This document shows, piece by piece, positions 51,650 to 64,000 of a DNA stretch of 64,000 bases. Numbering within the stretch: the stretch's first letter is position 1; each line of letters opens with the position of its first letter. The notes under the pieces are model-generated. The model was given only the letters and a program-made list of their open reading frames with translations. It was not told where the DNA came from and did no database searches. The position numbers were made by a program, and so were the translations under genes. Source of the DNA: Octopus vulgaris. Taxonomy: Eukaryota. The stretch covers positions 60,202,001 to 60,266,000 of the forward strand of contig OX597826.1 of the NCBI GenBank assembly GCA_951406725.2, given 5' to 3'.

Positions 51650-52900
51650 TACACCTCTTCTAATTTTCAAGAAGTTTTAGCATTTAGTCGTTAGATGTTT
51701 GAATGTATTTGGCCAGTCCTAATGCGGTAGATTTGTAAAAAATATATTAAGATTGAGTCAAGCCTCGATCTCCTTGGGCTCCGGGAAGAACAAAAACGAT
51801 TCACGTCTGGCTTTGAGCCGTGCATCATATAACGAGATAGCAGCTTACGCATTTTCTTCCTTTATTCCATTCATGTTCTAGTTCAACACATTGAAGCTAT
51901 AAGCAATTTATACCTAACACCTTTATGAATGAATTTATGGTTAACACTTTGTTATGTGCATTTAGCTCAGATTTCAGGACTGCTCCAACTCGACTATAAC
52001 ATTCCTTTTTAATCTACTTATGCTTGCATGCTGAATGCTAGAGCCTTCATTTATTCCTAGGTATGTGTAAGTTTGTTCCTGCCCAAATTCATTTATGAGT
52101 GAACATTCGATACTACTGAATTTGGGGTCTTCACTTTACCTTTTTGGAAAGTAACCTGGCACATTTATCAGAACAATATCCACGCAAATGTCATCACTGG
52201 ATGCTTTCACAGTACTTAATAGGCCTTGAAGCTCATCATTGCCTTTGCCATAGAATCTTAAGTCATCCATATAGAAAAGATGGCTTATTTTCTTGAGATA
52301 TTTTTTATCCATACCCTGGTCTGTTATGTTCACATGGAAGGGGTATTAGTGCTGCGCAAAAAATCAGAGGTGAAGGTGAAACGTTATAGAAAATGCCACA
52401 GTAGATGGAGTGATATAATTGTTCCAATTAAATCACTGCATTTTGGTGATATTATTGGACATTCGCATTCCACAATGACAAATTATGCTTCAGGAATTTT
52501 GAAATTGCAGAAGTTTGAAGATGCCCAGCAATTGCAAGATCCATAAATATAATATGCTTTCAAAGGCCTTTATTGCAATCAATCCATGCAGGACTGAGGT
52601 TCTTGAGTATCATGCGATTAATTAGGAATTGATCTTTGCATCCATATAACCCTTTTTGTTCAGTGAGGAAACATCCTTCTGTTCTTTAAATGCATATGCA
52701 TTCTCCACGGCCTAGTCATTAAAATTTTATAAGTGGTGAATAAACAGGATATGAACTGGTTTCATTATTCTTTGGGAGTAGATAACAAAGACCACATGTG
52801 AAGAAGTCACGTATTTTCTTAGGGAACATTACATTAATTTTATCAGCGTCAGTATATCTCGAAATAAATTAGGTACTATTCTTTTCCATTACGTTTTATG
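51650..52900 (-). mobile_element. Decayed R4/Dong-clade LINE, reverse transcriptase region
   Basis: KISHLFYMDDLRFYGKGNDELQGLLSTVKASSDDI (YMDD active site in R4/Dong context); many stops and frameshifts. Confidence 0.8.
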
Positions 52901-52979
52901 ATGTCTTATAATATAGAATTGGCTGCCATGTCTTGTAGAACGAGTCGTTACCTCGAAACAAATACACTTTTATTCATAT

Positions 52980-53455
52980 TGTTTGACCTTCGTGTGATTT
53001 TCTAAGATATCATTGTACAACCAGATCTTCTTGAGACCGAATACAATGCTGGCTTTTGAGACAACAAAGCAGCTTATCGCAATGAATTTAACTGTATCCT
53101 AGAGGAGAGATGCAACAGAAGAAGTGAACTAAGTATAGTGACTTGGAGAAAGATTGTAACATGTTGGGGGGAACCCGAGATGCTTACTAGTGGAAGTTGG
53201 CAGTAGGACTTACACTGAGTAAATTGGGCATTGAAAGAAGATGTAGAAACATGAAGAACAACGCAGAGTCGGCTGAGAAGCATCTAGGTGAATCATTATG
53301 GTTAGTAAAAAGATGTAATATGTGGTGTAAGTAGAATGTTGCTTGGAGCACAGGCCTAGTCATGATAAAGATATTTCGGTTCTCCTGGTTAAAAGTTTAT
53401 ACTGTAAGAAACGAAATCAGCGATGCCAGGATGCAGAACTGACAGCCTGTCCAAA
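52980..53455 (+). mobile_element. HERO-like non-LTR element relic (restriction-like endonuclease domain and 3' UTR)
   Basis: Frameshifted LRPNTMLAFETTKQLIAMNLTVS...TKYSDLEKDCNMLG...LLVEVGSR...AESAEK, matching the RPD...ELTVPWEE...KY...VEVG pattern. Confidence 0.6.
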
Positions 53456-54250
53456 ATTTGCATCTGTAGGTACATGTGGAACTAGTATGTGTCATGAGAA
53501 TAAATTTACCTAGGCTTAGGTCTGCATCGTCATCTATGAATTCTTACGGATGTTGTTTATGCTTTTGTCATTTTTACTCCAAAATTTGATGTGAAAACTC
53601 GAGGAGATAGAATTTTAATAAAACAAGTGTGTTTATTAACATCTACTCAAGACACGACACGAAATGATAAAGTAAAATAAACCACAAAAATTGTAGACAT
53701 TCAGTTAATATCAAATTTAGATAGGCGAGTATGCTTCCTACCAAATACTGCATTGATGTTTTGTTGCTTTGGTTATTGGTGATGCTACTCTTGTTGTTTT
53801 TCAGCGCCTACAAGTTCTATAGAAAAGAAAAGAAGGTTTTAATATGCAATAATTATCAATATCTTTTGTAGACACAAAGAAGGAATAACTGGATATTTGA
53901 ATAAATAAACGTATTGAGATGTACTTACATTATTCCATAAGTAGATAGAATATTCTGTGATATTACAGAATAATTTGAAATGTTCGTCATATCATGTATT
54001 CATATTAATATTTCGATATTTTATTTTTGCGAATATTTTATTTAGTTTCTCGTTTTTAATGAAATGTCTTTGTTAGTTTCTTACACAAAATTTTCGTTTC
54101 ATACACTTAAATATTAATATTGTTGAAGACTTCTTCACAATTTTTCTTATGTATTTTTAAAATTCTGCAACAGATATTCTAGACTCTACTAGAAAGTATC
54201 TTGCTGTCTCTGTTTACATGGCGTAATATCTGAATTTTTACATATATGCA

Positions 54251-54319
<69 letters not shown>

Positions 54320-54339
54320 ATGTGTGTGTGTATGTGTGT

Positions 54340-54381
<42 letters not shown>

Positions 54382-54456
54382 ATACAAGCATATATACATA
54401 TATGCATATGTTTAGGTATATTTGTATGTGTATGTAGGTCTGTATATTCGTATATG

Positions 54457-54596
<140 letters not shown>

Positions 54597-54929
54597 TAAA
54601 TATATAGACATATATATGCGCATGTATCTATGTATATATGCAAGCGCCTGTGAAGGAGCACCAACGCGGATATGCACGTCTATATACATAAGCAAACACG
54701 CACACACACACACTCATATATATGTGTGCTTATACATATGAATATGCATATACATTCCGTGTGAGGATGAGCAGTGTTGTTATAAAAAGAAATACATATG
54801 TAACGTATTACCGTGAGAGCGTTTATGTGTCTGTGAGCGTGTGTGTGTATTGTGTGTGTTTGTGTTTCAGCGTATTTCTGTGAATGTGCTTGGTTTCGTG
54901 TACTGTATGTGAAGGTGATTGTTTCATAT

Positions 54930-54931
54930 TT

Positions 54932-55005
<74 letters not shown>

Positions 55006-55090
55006 GTTATTATTACTATTGATAACATCATCATCATCATCATCATCATCATCAGCGGCAGTAGCAGTAACAGCAGCAGCAGCAGTATCA
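54930..55090. repeat. Compound (ATT)n/(CAT)n/(GCA)n microsatellite
   Basis: Direct reading. Confidence 0.95.
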
Positions 55091-55329
55091 TATGTCTGCA
55101 AATTCTTAGTGAGACACACACGCATAGACACACGTAGATTTAGCAGGGTGTGAATATACGCGTACACATTATTTTAACATACATATTACATATATCAGTT
55201 TTTGCTAGTATCTTATATTTTGGGTAAGAAAAACTTTTCCAAATTCTTATGTAAACATCCACATGGAATTGGTGAAAAAATTCTCTATCTCTCTTTTTAC
55301 ACATACATACACACACACATACAAGTATA

Positions 55330-55361
<32 letters not shown>

Positions 55362-56311
55362 CATATATGAATGTGTATATATATATATGAATGTATATAT
55401 GCATAGAGAGAGACAGAGACAGAGACAGATAGACAGAGAGAGAGATAAGCACATATATACATATAGATATTTATCTTTCAATCTACTCCTCATACCAAAA
55501 TCTTCTTTCCCTCATACTTCTTCTTATCCTTCTCTTCTCAATACTATTTTTTAAATTAGTTTTGGTTATTAATGTTGGTATTAATAAATGTGAAAGTTGG
55601 ATTGAATCATAGAGTGATTTACTACGATAATTTACATCATGTGTTCAAAATCCACTGTGGAGGCGACACTTTCGTGACAAAAGACGTGCTAGCTTGTATC
55701 TTGGACGACGATTCAACTGAGAGATATCTCGCTGCCATGGCTGTGTTGTTAATAATTTCGCTTTGCAACATGGTCTCTGCTTCAGTCACAGCCGGCGATA
55801 CATTTTGATATTGTCCTCTCCTGAATTCTCGGACCGACGAATGTCTCCACATTGAATATGGTACATGGAAAATATGCAAATGCTTGTCGTGAGTGTGTGT
55901 GTGTGTGTATGTGTAAGTGTGTCCTTGCGTGCATGTTGTTGGCATGTTTACTTACCCGTATATTAAAGGTTCAGTGAAGGTAGATAGAGAACAATTACTC
56001 TAGAAATATGCACAGGGGTCAATTTCTTTAACTACGCCCTTCGAAGTAGTATCGTGGATGGTCGTAGATTCAATAACTAACCAAAGATAAAACATTCTAA
56101 GTGTGTAATTTCCTAATTATATTTGAAACCATTATGCATATTAATATGAAGTTGGTATAATAATGTGGTATTATGTAATATTGATGCTTGTAAGATAGTG
56201 TGATAATACAGTGGCGCTGGTATATATTAGTATGTCTTAATGTGAGTTGAGTATTATGAGAATTTCAGTACTATTTTCGTTTCGCTTTGTCAGAAACTTT
56301 TAATGCAAATA

Positions 56312-56423
<112 letters not shown>

Positions 56424-56539
56424 TAAAGAGAAAAAGAGAGCGAGAGAAAGGGGAGACTGAATGAATGTAATCATATCCAGCGAAAGATCAGAGGTCTTTC
56501 CCGAGTCACAGACTCATGTCATCGATTCTGGACCGTGTA

Positions 56540-56672
56540 TCATAATATCGCTCTGGGCAGAACACCTATCCGTCGCAGTATTTTACATTTTTGCCCGCTG
56601 AGTGAACTGGGACAAAGTGTTTTGCTCAAGAACACGATGTATCGCCTGATCCAGGAATCCAAATCCTGATCA
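56540..56672 (-). mobile_element. SINE family D fragment
   Basis: TTTTTGCCCGCTGAGTGAACTGG...GTGTTTTGCTCAAGAACAC...CCAGGAATC is the reverse complement of the D body. Confidence 0.65.
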
Positions 56673-57902
56673 TATGTATATGAATATTATATATGCATAT
56701 ATACAGTTATTGCGGCTTTTCTACCAGTGGAACCTGAAAATGTTAGAAAAAAATATCCTTCAGACAGAAAACGTCGATGGCTTACGCGTGGGACTCGAAC
56801 ACACACATTCTGTAAACATGATAATGTTCTACAATAGCGTCAAAGCAATCTGTCGTATTTCTTTATCCATTTAAGAAACTATGTTCTTATCTCCGAGAAT
56901 TGAAAGTTGTTAACGTCATAGAAATTTACAAGCTTCGAATGTACATGCAATTCGTAATTTCACTTAAACATATAACTAGAATTAGATAATGCTGTGCATT
57001 ATATTAGGAAAAAGGTTTCTAAAATAGAGAATTTCGAAGGATTGCTATCGTCCTATTTCAGAACGCCTGTCATGTCTATAGAAGAAATGGGTTCGTAAAC
57101 CACAGCTTACCTTCAATTTTTCTATCCAAATAATGAAAGGTAAGGTACATTCCGAAAATTAAATAGACTTTTATATTCACGGTTTGGATTTCAATTGCGA
57201 CAATATTGAACATTAGTAAATTTTGTACATTGTTTTCGTTGCTATATGCGTGTTAGATCGAGATTACTTATCGAAGACACACAGAAAGACACTAGCGCGC
57301 TTTCACCAGCAAGTAGGGACAGAAACTCGATAGATTAATCGTGTTTCTGTATAGATTATATAATAGTAATCTACCCTCAGCTCCCATGAACGGTAACAAA
57401 GCAACAATCGGACTGATCTGGTGAGAGATGTCTTCGAAGCTTCTTTGTATGTTTGGATTTATAGTGTATCACTGTGCCTGGGTAATACTTCTCTCGCAAC
57501 CCGTGGGCTTGCTGTAAGATCGTTTCTCTTTTATATCTTGAGAAACAGCAAATATTTATTTGTGATACCATAATCACCATATCTGTGTCCAACACTTTCC
57601 AGCCGAGGTTGGTCAGTATGGGGACTAGTTCTTCATTCAATAGAAAAGACAGGGGGTACTTCCTCGAGCATGGAATGGAAATTTCACATCAATCGTGCCG
57701 AAATTTCTCTCTCGAGCAACGTATGTTTGGTCTCCCTGATATGTTTTACATGGTGTCTGGTTAATTCGTCGACGGCAATTTGACGTCGTATAGTTTGTCT
57801 CCAGTCAATTCATCGTTGGTCAGTTCGTTCCCAGGACAATTCGTCGAGATCATAGATAAAATGGAAGAACGTATATCTGAATTAAAACACGATTTAAATA
57901 TT

Positions 57903-58322
57903 ACATATTCTTTTACTTGTTTGAGTCATTGGACTGCAGCCATGCTGGAGCACCGACTTTAGTCGAGCAAATCGACCCCGGGACTTATTCTTTGTAAGCC
58001 CAGTACTTATTCTATCAGTCTCTTTTGCCGAACCGCCAAGTGACGGGGACGTTAACACACCAGTATCGGTTGTCAAGCAATGCTAGGGGGACAAACACAG
58101 ACACACAAACATATACACACACATAAATATATATATATATATATATACATACATATATACGACAGGCTTATTTCAGTTTCCGTCTACCAAATCCACTCAC
58201 AAGGTAGTGGTCGGCCCAAGGCTATAGCAGAAGACACTTGCCCAAGATGCCACGCAATGGGACTGAACCTGGAACCATGTGCTTGGTAAGCAAGCTACTT
58301 ACCAGACAGCCACTCCTGCGCA
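57903..58322 (-). mobile_element. SINE family A (young subfamily), full length
   Basis: Shares diagnostic variants with the 29661 and 30501 copies. Confidence 0.92.
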
Positions 58323-58884
58323 TATTTAGTTTTACTTAAAATTTAAGATTTTGTGCAATTGCTTTTAGAAAAATGTTTTGGGTTGGATATACTACTGTAC
58401 ATTTAAGGACACTGTACTTCATTGTACATAGGAAATATTTTCGCCATTTTGAAAATCATGTAGTGATCGAAAGTCATCTCTTGTGTTAGACGCGCTAAAT
58501 TGAAGCCGAAAGCAGCCGGTTTGTTAGGCTTTGTTATTGACGTTACTAATGACATTAGTTCTAATACTGGTGATGGTGGTGGTGTCGGTGGTGGTGCTGG
58601 TGGTGTTGGTAGTGTCGGTGGTGCCTGGTGCTGGTGCTGGTGATGTCGATGGTGAAGTTTACTTCAATGCCCTCTTCTCTGTCCTATATGCCATGGTCCT
58701 TACTGTTGTTAATAGGAAAAGTGCTGCTGGGGGAAAGGGGTGTTGTTATCTTCTGTCTTACTTCACTGAGGTTGTTTTATTGTTTTTGTCGCTATTGTAG
58801 TAGGTAATATTTTCATTGCTGTCGATGATGTCGTTCCCGGTGCTGCTGCTGCTGCTACACGTTTCCATTAGAACTGGGATAGGA

Positions 58885-59404
58885 AAGAGTAATTGTGTCA
58901 CCGATACGAAGTGGGGCCGGTCGAAGATGCTCGTTCTCAAGCGAAACACCGCCGCTGCCACGCCATGAGGCCTATTGCGTTGCGTAGGCATCCGCCCCTT
59001 CTCTCCATATCTGTGATTTTCCTTCGCTGCGCTGCTGGCTTGCCTCCACTTGCAAATTTACTTACTGCGCTCGTTCCCTGTTACCGCGTAGCAGGGTGCT
59101 CCCTTTCATTTTCTCGCTCGTTCGTTTCTATATTTGCTTGTTTGCTTGCCTTCTTCGCGCGTCTGTTCGCTCGCTTCTGTCTCCGTCTCCGAGCTCACCA
59201 CGCACCCGGCGGGCCCCTGACGTCTCCTCCTCCTCCCGCCGCCAACGCCTTCGCAACATTTTGTTCGCTTCGTTTCTGTGCGGGGCCGCCTCGAAAGGGC
59301 GGATCATATCGTTCGCGAGAAGACACTCAATAGATCGCAGTGTGGTAGCTGCTCTACTAAGCACGTCACTGCGAACAGCAAGTCGAGTCGTATGGAAGGG
59401 AATT
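58885..59404 (-). pseudogene. Probable orphan rDNA fragment: 28S rRNA 3' end (~59305-59404) plus GC-rich downstream spacer
   Basis: Minus strand ACGACT...GTGCTTAGTAGAGCAGCTACCACACTGCGATCTATTGAG resembles the conserved metazoan 28S terminus (AGAGCAGCT...CTGCGATCTATTGA); flank is abruptly GC/CpG-rich. Confidence 0.6.
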
Positions 59405-60329
59405 TTTTCGCTGGTACATTTCCGACTACCATTCATATTCCCTTTGCAAAGCTATATTATTTTAGCATGAATGTTTCTTTCTTTTTCCGTTCCACTTTGT
59501 CCCCCTTTAATAATTGAAAAAACAAAAAACATTCCGAAGGGAAGGAATATCAGAAAGACCAGTTGTGCTCCAGAAAATTGGTGGGTTTAATAATAAATTA
59601 CCTTAAGGCAACAAATGTCCTTTTTCAAATAAACACATTTAGCAACAACAACAACAACAAAAATATTACTAATAATTTCCTTTATTTTCAACAAGGACTC
59701 GAAGAGATACAATAGCACGTAAGAAGCAAACAATTAATGGTGAGCTCACACAAATGCGTAGATCACATAGATATTGTACATAAAGACGAGGAGAGGACAG
59801 ACATTTTCTACAATATATAAAAGTGAAAATTTATAAAAGATACTCAAATAAACAGACGGCATAATAAATAAAAATGCAATAAAAGAAACAATACTCGAAC
59901 CAGATGAGGTCGGGTATGCATATGTATTTGTGAGTATGAGTGTAGCAAATTTAAGAGTCCAGTTATAAAGGCAGATTACTAATTCATGAATAAATAACAT
60001 TTCTGATTCCTTGTGCTGATATTGCTAGAAATGTTCGTACGTCAAAGTATGCAACGAAGGGCCGCATACAAAGGATTGCTAACATATACTAGCTCTCAAA
60101 GATTTGCTCATATTTTTTCCTTCTTTATATACTGTTCAAAACGTTGTCTCTTTTCTACGCAGATTTGCTCTTTGTCAGCAAATTGCTATTATTGCATTGC
60201 GTAAAAGATTCTTCAGATGTTCGTTAAAATTGTGAAGGTCTGTAAATTTTATCTCTTGATGAAAGTCGTCGTCATCATCATCATCGTCATCGATATTGTC
60301 ATTATTGTTGGATTTTGCTGTGGCTTTTC

Positions 60330-60432
60330 GTCCTTTCGAAGGTGATCAAAGAATTACCAGTTAAGCACTGGAGTCGAGGTAATCGGCTAGCACGCTCTCC
60401 CAAAATTTTCAGACCTTGTGCCTGTAGTACAA
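60330..60432 (+). mobile_element. SINE family B 3' fragment
   Basis: CCTTTCGAAGGTGATC...TACCAGTTAAGCACTGGAGTCGAGGTAATCG. Confidence 0.65.
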
Positions 60433-60436
60433 ATGA

Positions 60437-60518
<82 letters not shown>

Positions 60519-60536
60519 CATCATCATCATCATCAT

Positions 60537-61745
60537 TCAGTAGTTTTATTTTTATAACGTGCTTTTACTTCACTACCGAGCGCAGCTCTGTGTGCCTTGG
60601 GTACGTGCCGTGGTTTGCTGTGATGCTCTTATGGTTACTGTATTGAACGTGTTTTGCGTAGGATGTGTACAGTGTTCAGTAGTGGAATTTTCTGTACGTT
60701 ATATATATTTGTAAGGCATGGTGTTTTGTTATGTAGTTGTCTGAATATTTTTTATCATATCTAATGCGCCCACTATGATAGGAATTGTTTCCGTTTTTAT
60801 ATTCCACATTCGAGCTACCTCTATTTCCGGGTCTTTGTATTTTGAAAGTTTCTCCATTACTTTTAGAGAAACGTTGTCATCTGCTGGTATTGATACATCA
60901 ATTAGAAAGCATTTTTTTCTTCATGATCTCTGACAACTATATCTGGCCTATTGGCCTTAATTTTTCTATCTGTGTGTATTGGTATAACCCAGAGTATGGT
61001 TGCTTTCTCGTTTTCTGTGACCTGTTCTGGCGTGTGCTTATACCATCTTTTTCTGATGTTATTCCATAGTGTTGGCATAGCTTCCAGTGTATGTAGGTCC
61101 CAAATCTATCGTGTTTGTGAATATATTCCTTCTTACCCAGGATTGAGCAGCCAGAGATAATATAATTTATTGTTTCTTGTCCATCCCCACATATTCAGCA
61201 TTTAATTGTTATGTTTCTTTTCATTATATGGTTTTTGTAATTTCTGGTGGGCAGGCTTTGGTCTCGTGCAGGAATAAAAAATCTTTCGGTCTCTGCTTTG
61301 AGTCCTCAGTTTCTCAACCATTGCTGGGCTTTTTCTCCGTCTATTTCTTTTGCATTTCGTTTGGCCCAGTATTTGCCATGAAGGGGCTTTTCTTGCCATT
61401 ATTTTATCATAGTCCCTTGCTGTTCTAGTTTAGTTATAGCTTTTATTGTTTCTTCTTTTTCTTCATATTTGTTAGGTAATATGATGTCTTGTTTGTATTT
61501 GTTAGGTAATATGATTTCTTGTTTGTATTTGTCAGCTTCCTTAAATACTGAAAACAGTTTTTTGTTTTGCTCCTGTTTTGTGGCTATTTGTATTAGTTTT
61601 CCTTGCTTCTGAAGTAGGTATTTTTGCAGTCCTATGCTGGTTATTTTATAATAGTTTTCAAGCTGTATAAGGCCTCTACCACCTTCTATACGTTGTATGT
61701 ATACCCTTTCCATGTCAGATTTTGGATGGTGCTTCCTAGATCCTG
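60537..61745 (-). mobile_element. 5'-truncated R4/Dong-clade LINE inserted in (TAA)n
   Basis: ERVYIQRIEGGRGLIQLE; RLE domain RPDIVVRDHEEKKCFLIDVSIPADDNVSLKVMEKLSKYKD; TAA-type repeats on both flanks. Confidence 0.9.
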
Positions 61746-61802
61746 TTATTAATATTATTATTATTATTACTATTGGTGGTGGTGGTGGTGGTGGTGGTGG
61801 TG

Positions 61803-61838
<36 letters not shown>

Positions 61839-61844
61839 AGGTTG

Positions 61845-62010
61845 TAAACTGGCAGGATTGCTTAGCGGCATTTCTTCCGTCTCTTGCATTTCATTCTCTC
61901 GGCGTCGATGAAATAAGTACCCGTTAGTCACTGGGGTAAATGTAAATCGACTACACCCTTCCCACAAAATTTCACGCCTTGTCGCTTTAGTAGATAGAAA
62001 GAAATTATAT
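61845..62010 (+). mobile_element. SINE family B, degenerate
   Basis: CTGGCAGGA..TGCTTAGCGGCATTTC...GTCGATGAAATAAGTACC...CACTGGGGT...ATCGACT. Confidence 0.7.
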
Positions 62011-62184
62011 TTTATCATCAGTTATCATAAATGTTTTTTTGATGCTGCTATTTCTCTGGTTTTTTTTTTTTTAAATATTTTTGGCTTGTTTTTTTCTGTA
62101 GTTTTTCCTTTCCATTTACATCAAAATAGTTAAAATATTGTTTTCTGGATTTCTTCATTCCTGCACTCGGCATAAACGCATTAT

Positions 62185-62244
<60 letters not shown>

Positions 62245-62291
62245 GCAGCAGTAGCAGCCGCAGTAACAGTAGTAACAGTAGTAACAGTAGT

Positions 62292-62322
<31 letters not shown>

Positions 62323-62324
62323 AC

Positions 62325-62389
<65 letters not shown>

Positions 62390-62402
62390 CAGCAGCAGCA
62401 GC
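62185..62402. repeat. (CAG)n/(GTA)n compound repeat; CUG/CUA in the GPCR sense
   Basis: About 19 uninterrupted CAG at 62187-62243; the tract begins about 30 nt past the GPCR stop codon. Confidence 0.95.
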
Positions 62403-62431
62403 GTGAATGTTGAACTCATAAACATCTTTCT

Positions 62432-63628
62432 TCATAGTCGGTTATTCTTTGATAAGATATTCTTAAAGTATTTCAGATGGAATTCTCTAGAAATGAAACT
62501 GATTTCCTGTTTTTGCGAAGTGCTAGGTTTAACTTTAACTTTTTTCGTGTATTTACAATGTGAGAAACACCGAAATATTGCGACTAATTCTTTACGAAAC
62601 TGTTTACTTGTAACTATATACCAGAGAAAATTCATGCTGTGGTGAGTTAGTGAAAGGAGTCGAAGGTATGAAAATGTTTTCGACGTTTTGTAACCGTCGT
62701 GGGAGACATCGTATAAAATATTTACCGAGACAGGTGTACATGTTAGGAAAAAAAATATGTTATTATAGACAACCATTCTAGTATTAGCGGATATCCGACG
62801 CCTTCGGGAATCTAAAGTACTTGTTTGACATAACAAAGGTCTAGAGAGTATCGTGCGTATAATCAGTACATTACATATCATCATAATAAGTGATGGAATG
62901 ATGCTGTGTAGGAATATACGTAGCCAGTTATCAAAATGTTCAACGAAGTAGAGATAATTTATGGAATTCAGAGTGCACTTGCCTAGTTCAAATAAATGTG
63001 ATTCGCTGGGAAAATCCAATGTGATGTTGCTTTTCGATTCGGTTACGTTGGCGTGTTTGCTAGAATAATTCTGGCTTATGTTGACTAGTAACAGTTGCTG
63101 CGACTTTGTCGTGTCCCCCATGCCAATGAGAAAATGGGAATCATACACTGCGAGTATTAAAAATGTTACTGTGATTTTGACTAAGCTAGCACGAGGATGG
63201 ATTTGAACGTGACTACTCAGTGGCTTAGTTACAAACAACATCTTCTCGAGGGATATGAGGACTAAATTCCAAGATGAGCAATCTATGAAATACGAAGAGA
63301 AGAATTGACCTGTTTTACATAAGAATTCATTCAGTTTTGTCACATGGATACCAAACGTGAATGCTAGCCATTTACGGAACAAGGTGCATATAACAGCCCC
63401 CATATCAACGGTAAGTTGAGATAAGAGGTAAATGTTAAGTCTTTGCACTTTCATCGATGATCGAGTGAGAATATACATAGAAATCATGTTACCTGAGAGT
63501 CCGAAAATCAGAAGAAATCCACCAAACCATATCCATAACCCGACAGCAACGACATTATCATGAATATATTGATCTAGTGTATCACTAGAAATTGTTTCTT
63601 TGTTGTTCAAGACAGCAGAGGAATCCAT
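62432..63628 (-). CDS. Intronless class A (rhodopsin-like) 7TM GPCR, peptide/FMRFamide-receptor-like lophotrochozoan orphan group, 398 aa
   Basis: Seven hydrophobic helices; GLSGN (TM1), IYLLSQLTVD (TM2), CK...SSWNLVLISLEK (TM3), IIP...CN (TM5), FFLTCTP (TM6), HSMNFLWY (TM7), SKQFRKEL (helix 8). First ATG is at 63628 in strong Kozak context AGTATGG; the ORF track start at 63652 is GTG. Confidence 0.93.
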   Translation of the reverse strand: MDSSAVLNNKETISSDTLDQYIHDNVVAVGLWIWFGGFLLIFGLSGNMISMYILTRSSMKVQRLNIYLLSQLTVDMGAVICTLFRKWLAFTFGIHVTKLNEFLCKTGQFFSSYFIDCSSWNLVLISLEKMLFVTKPLSSHVQIHPRASLVKITVTFLILAVYDSHFLIGMGDTTKSQQLLLVNISQNYSSKHANVTESKSNITLDFPSESHLFELGKCTLNSINYLYFVEHFDNWLRIFLHSIIPSLIMMICNVLIIRTILSRPLLCQTSTLDSRRRRISANTRMVVYNNIFFFLTCTPVSVNILYDVSHDGYKTSKTFSYLRLLSLTHHSMNFLWYIVTSKQFRKELVAIFRCFSHCKYTKKVKVKPSTSQKQEISFISREFHLKYFKNILSKNNRL

Positions 63629-64000
63629 ACTAGCTTTATTTTTTATGATCACTTATAGTTTTACAAAAATATATCGAACTAAATAATGGATTGTTACATA
63701 TAATACATGATTATACATAATTCTCAAACAACGGCTACTAATATCGAATCCAGTGTTGTTCGATTCGAGAATATTGATGATGCTGAAAAAGTTTCTGTCT
63801 TTTAAAAACGATTGTCGTTGTTGATGTAGGTACAGCTGCTGCTGCTGCTGCTGTGGTTGGTGTTGTTATTGACGTTTAGTTGCTGATCAATACTGAATGA
63901 AGAATACAAATGAGCAAGAGCATTAAAGCCGTGAATATGCTAGTCTTTTCATTTGTGTTTATTTGATTTCCCTATTGTGTTCTGTGTGAATTTTCTTTCA

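Noticed and set aside
55572-55945. Protein-like ORFs on both strands, possible exon of the GPCR locus
   Set aside because: No recognisable motif or clear splice sites, and the GPCR ORF is already complete.
57377-57720. Possible Tc1-like transposase relic (LVP..., H.SK.TK, SPD)
   Set aside because: Motifs are too degraded to support a call without a search.
58893-59470. Overlapping 100-146 aa ORFs in the GC-rich island
   Set aside because: Expected from high GC content, no recognisable domain; rDNA origin explains the region better.

Overview
AT-rich, microsatellite-dense animal genomic DNA. The SINE families and overall repeat landscape look like an octopus (coleoid cephalopod) genome; this is an inference from recognition, not a database search. 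The only credible protein-coding gene is an intronless class A (rhodopsin-like) GPCR on the minus strand at 62432-63628. The rest is mostly mobile DNA: (i) about 30 copies or fragments of modular tRNA-derived SINEs; (ii) decayed non-LTR retrotransposons (CR1-group, L1/Tx1, RTE, R4/Dong, HERO-like); (iii) Penelope-like relics carrying hammerhead-ribozyme motifs; (iv) mariner and Helitron relics; (v) several long palindromes abutting (TA)n tracts; and (vi) a probable orphan 28S rRNA 3' end with GC-rich spacer. The most interesting signals are the hammerhead-bearing Penelope/retrozyme-like repeats, two SINE-LINE pairs sharing 3' tails within this window, SINE module shuffling, and the (TA)n-associated foldbacks. 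Almost all other listed ORFs are microsatellite artefacts. Repeat boundaries were estimated by eye and are approximate; family names A-F are my own working labels.
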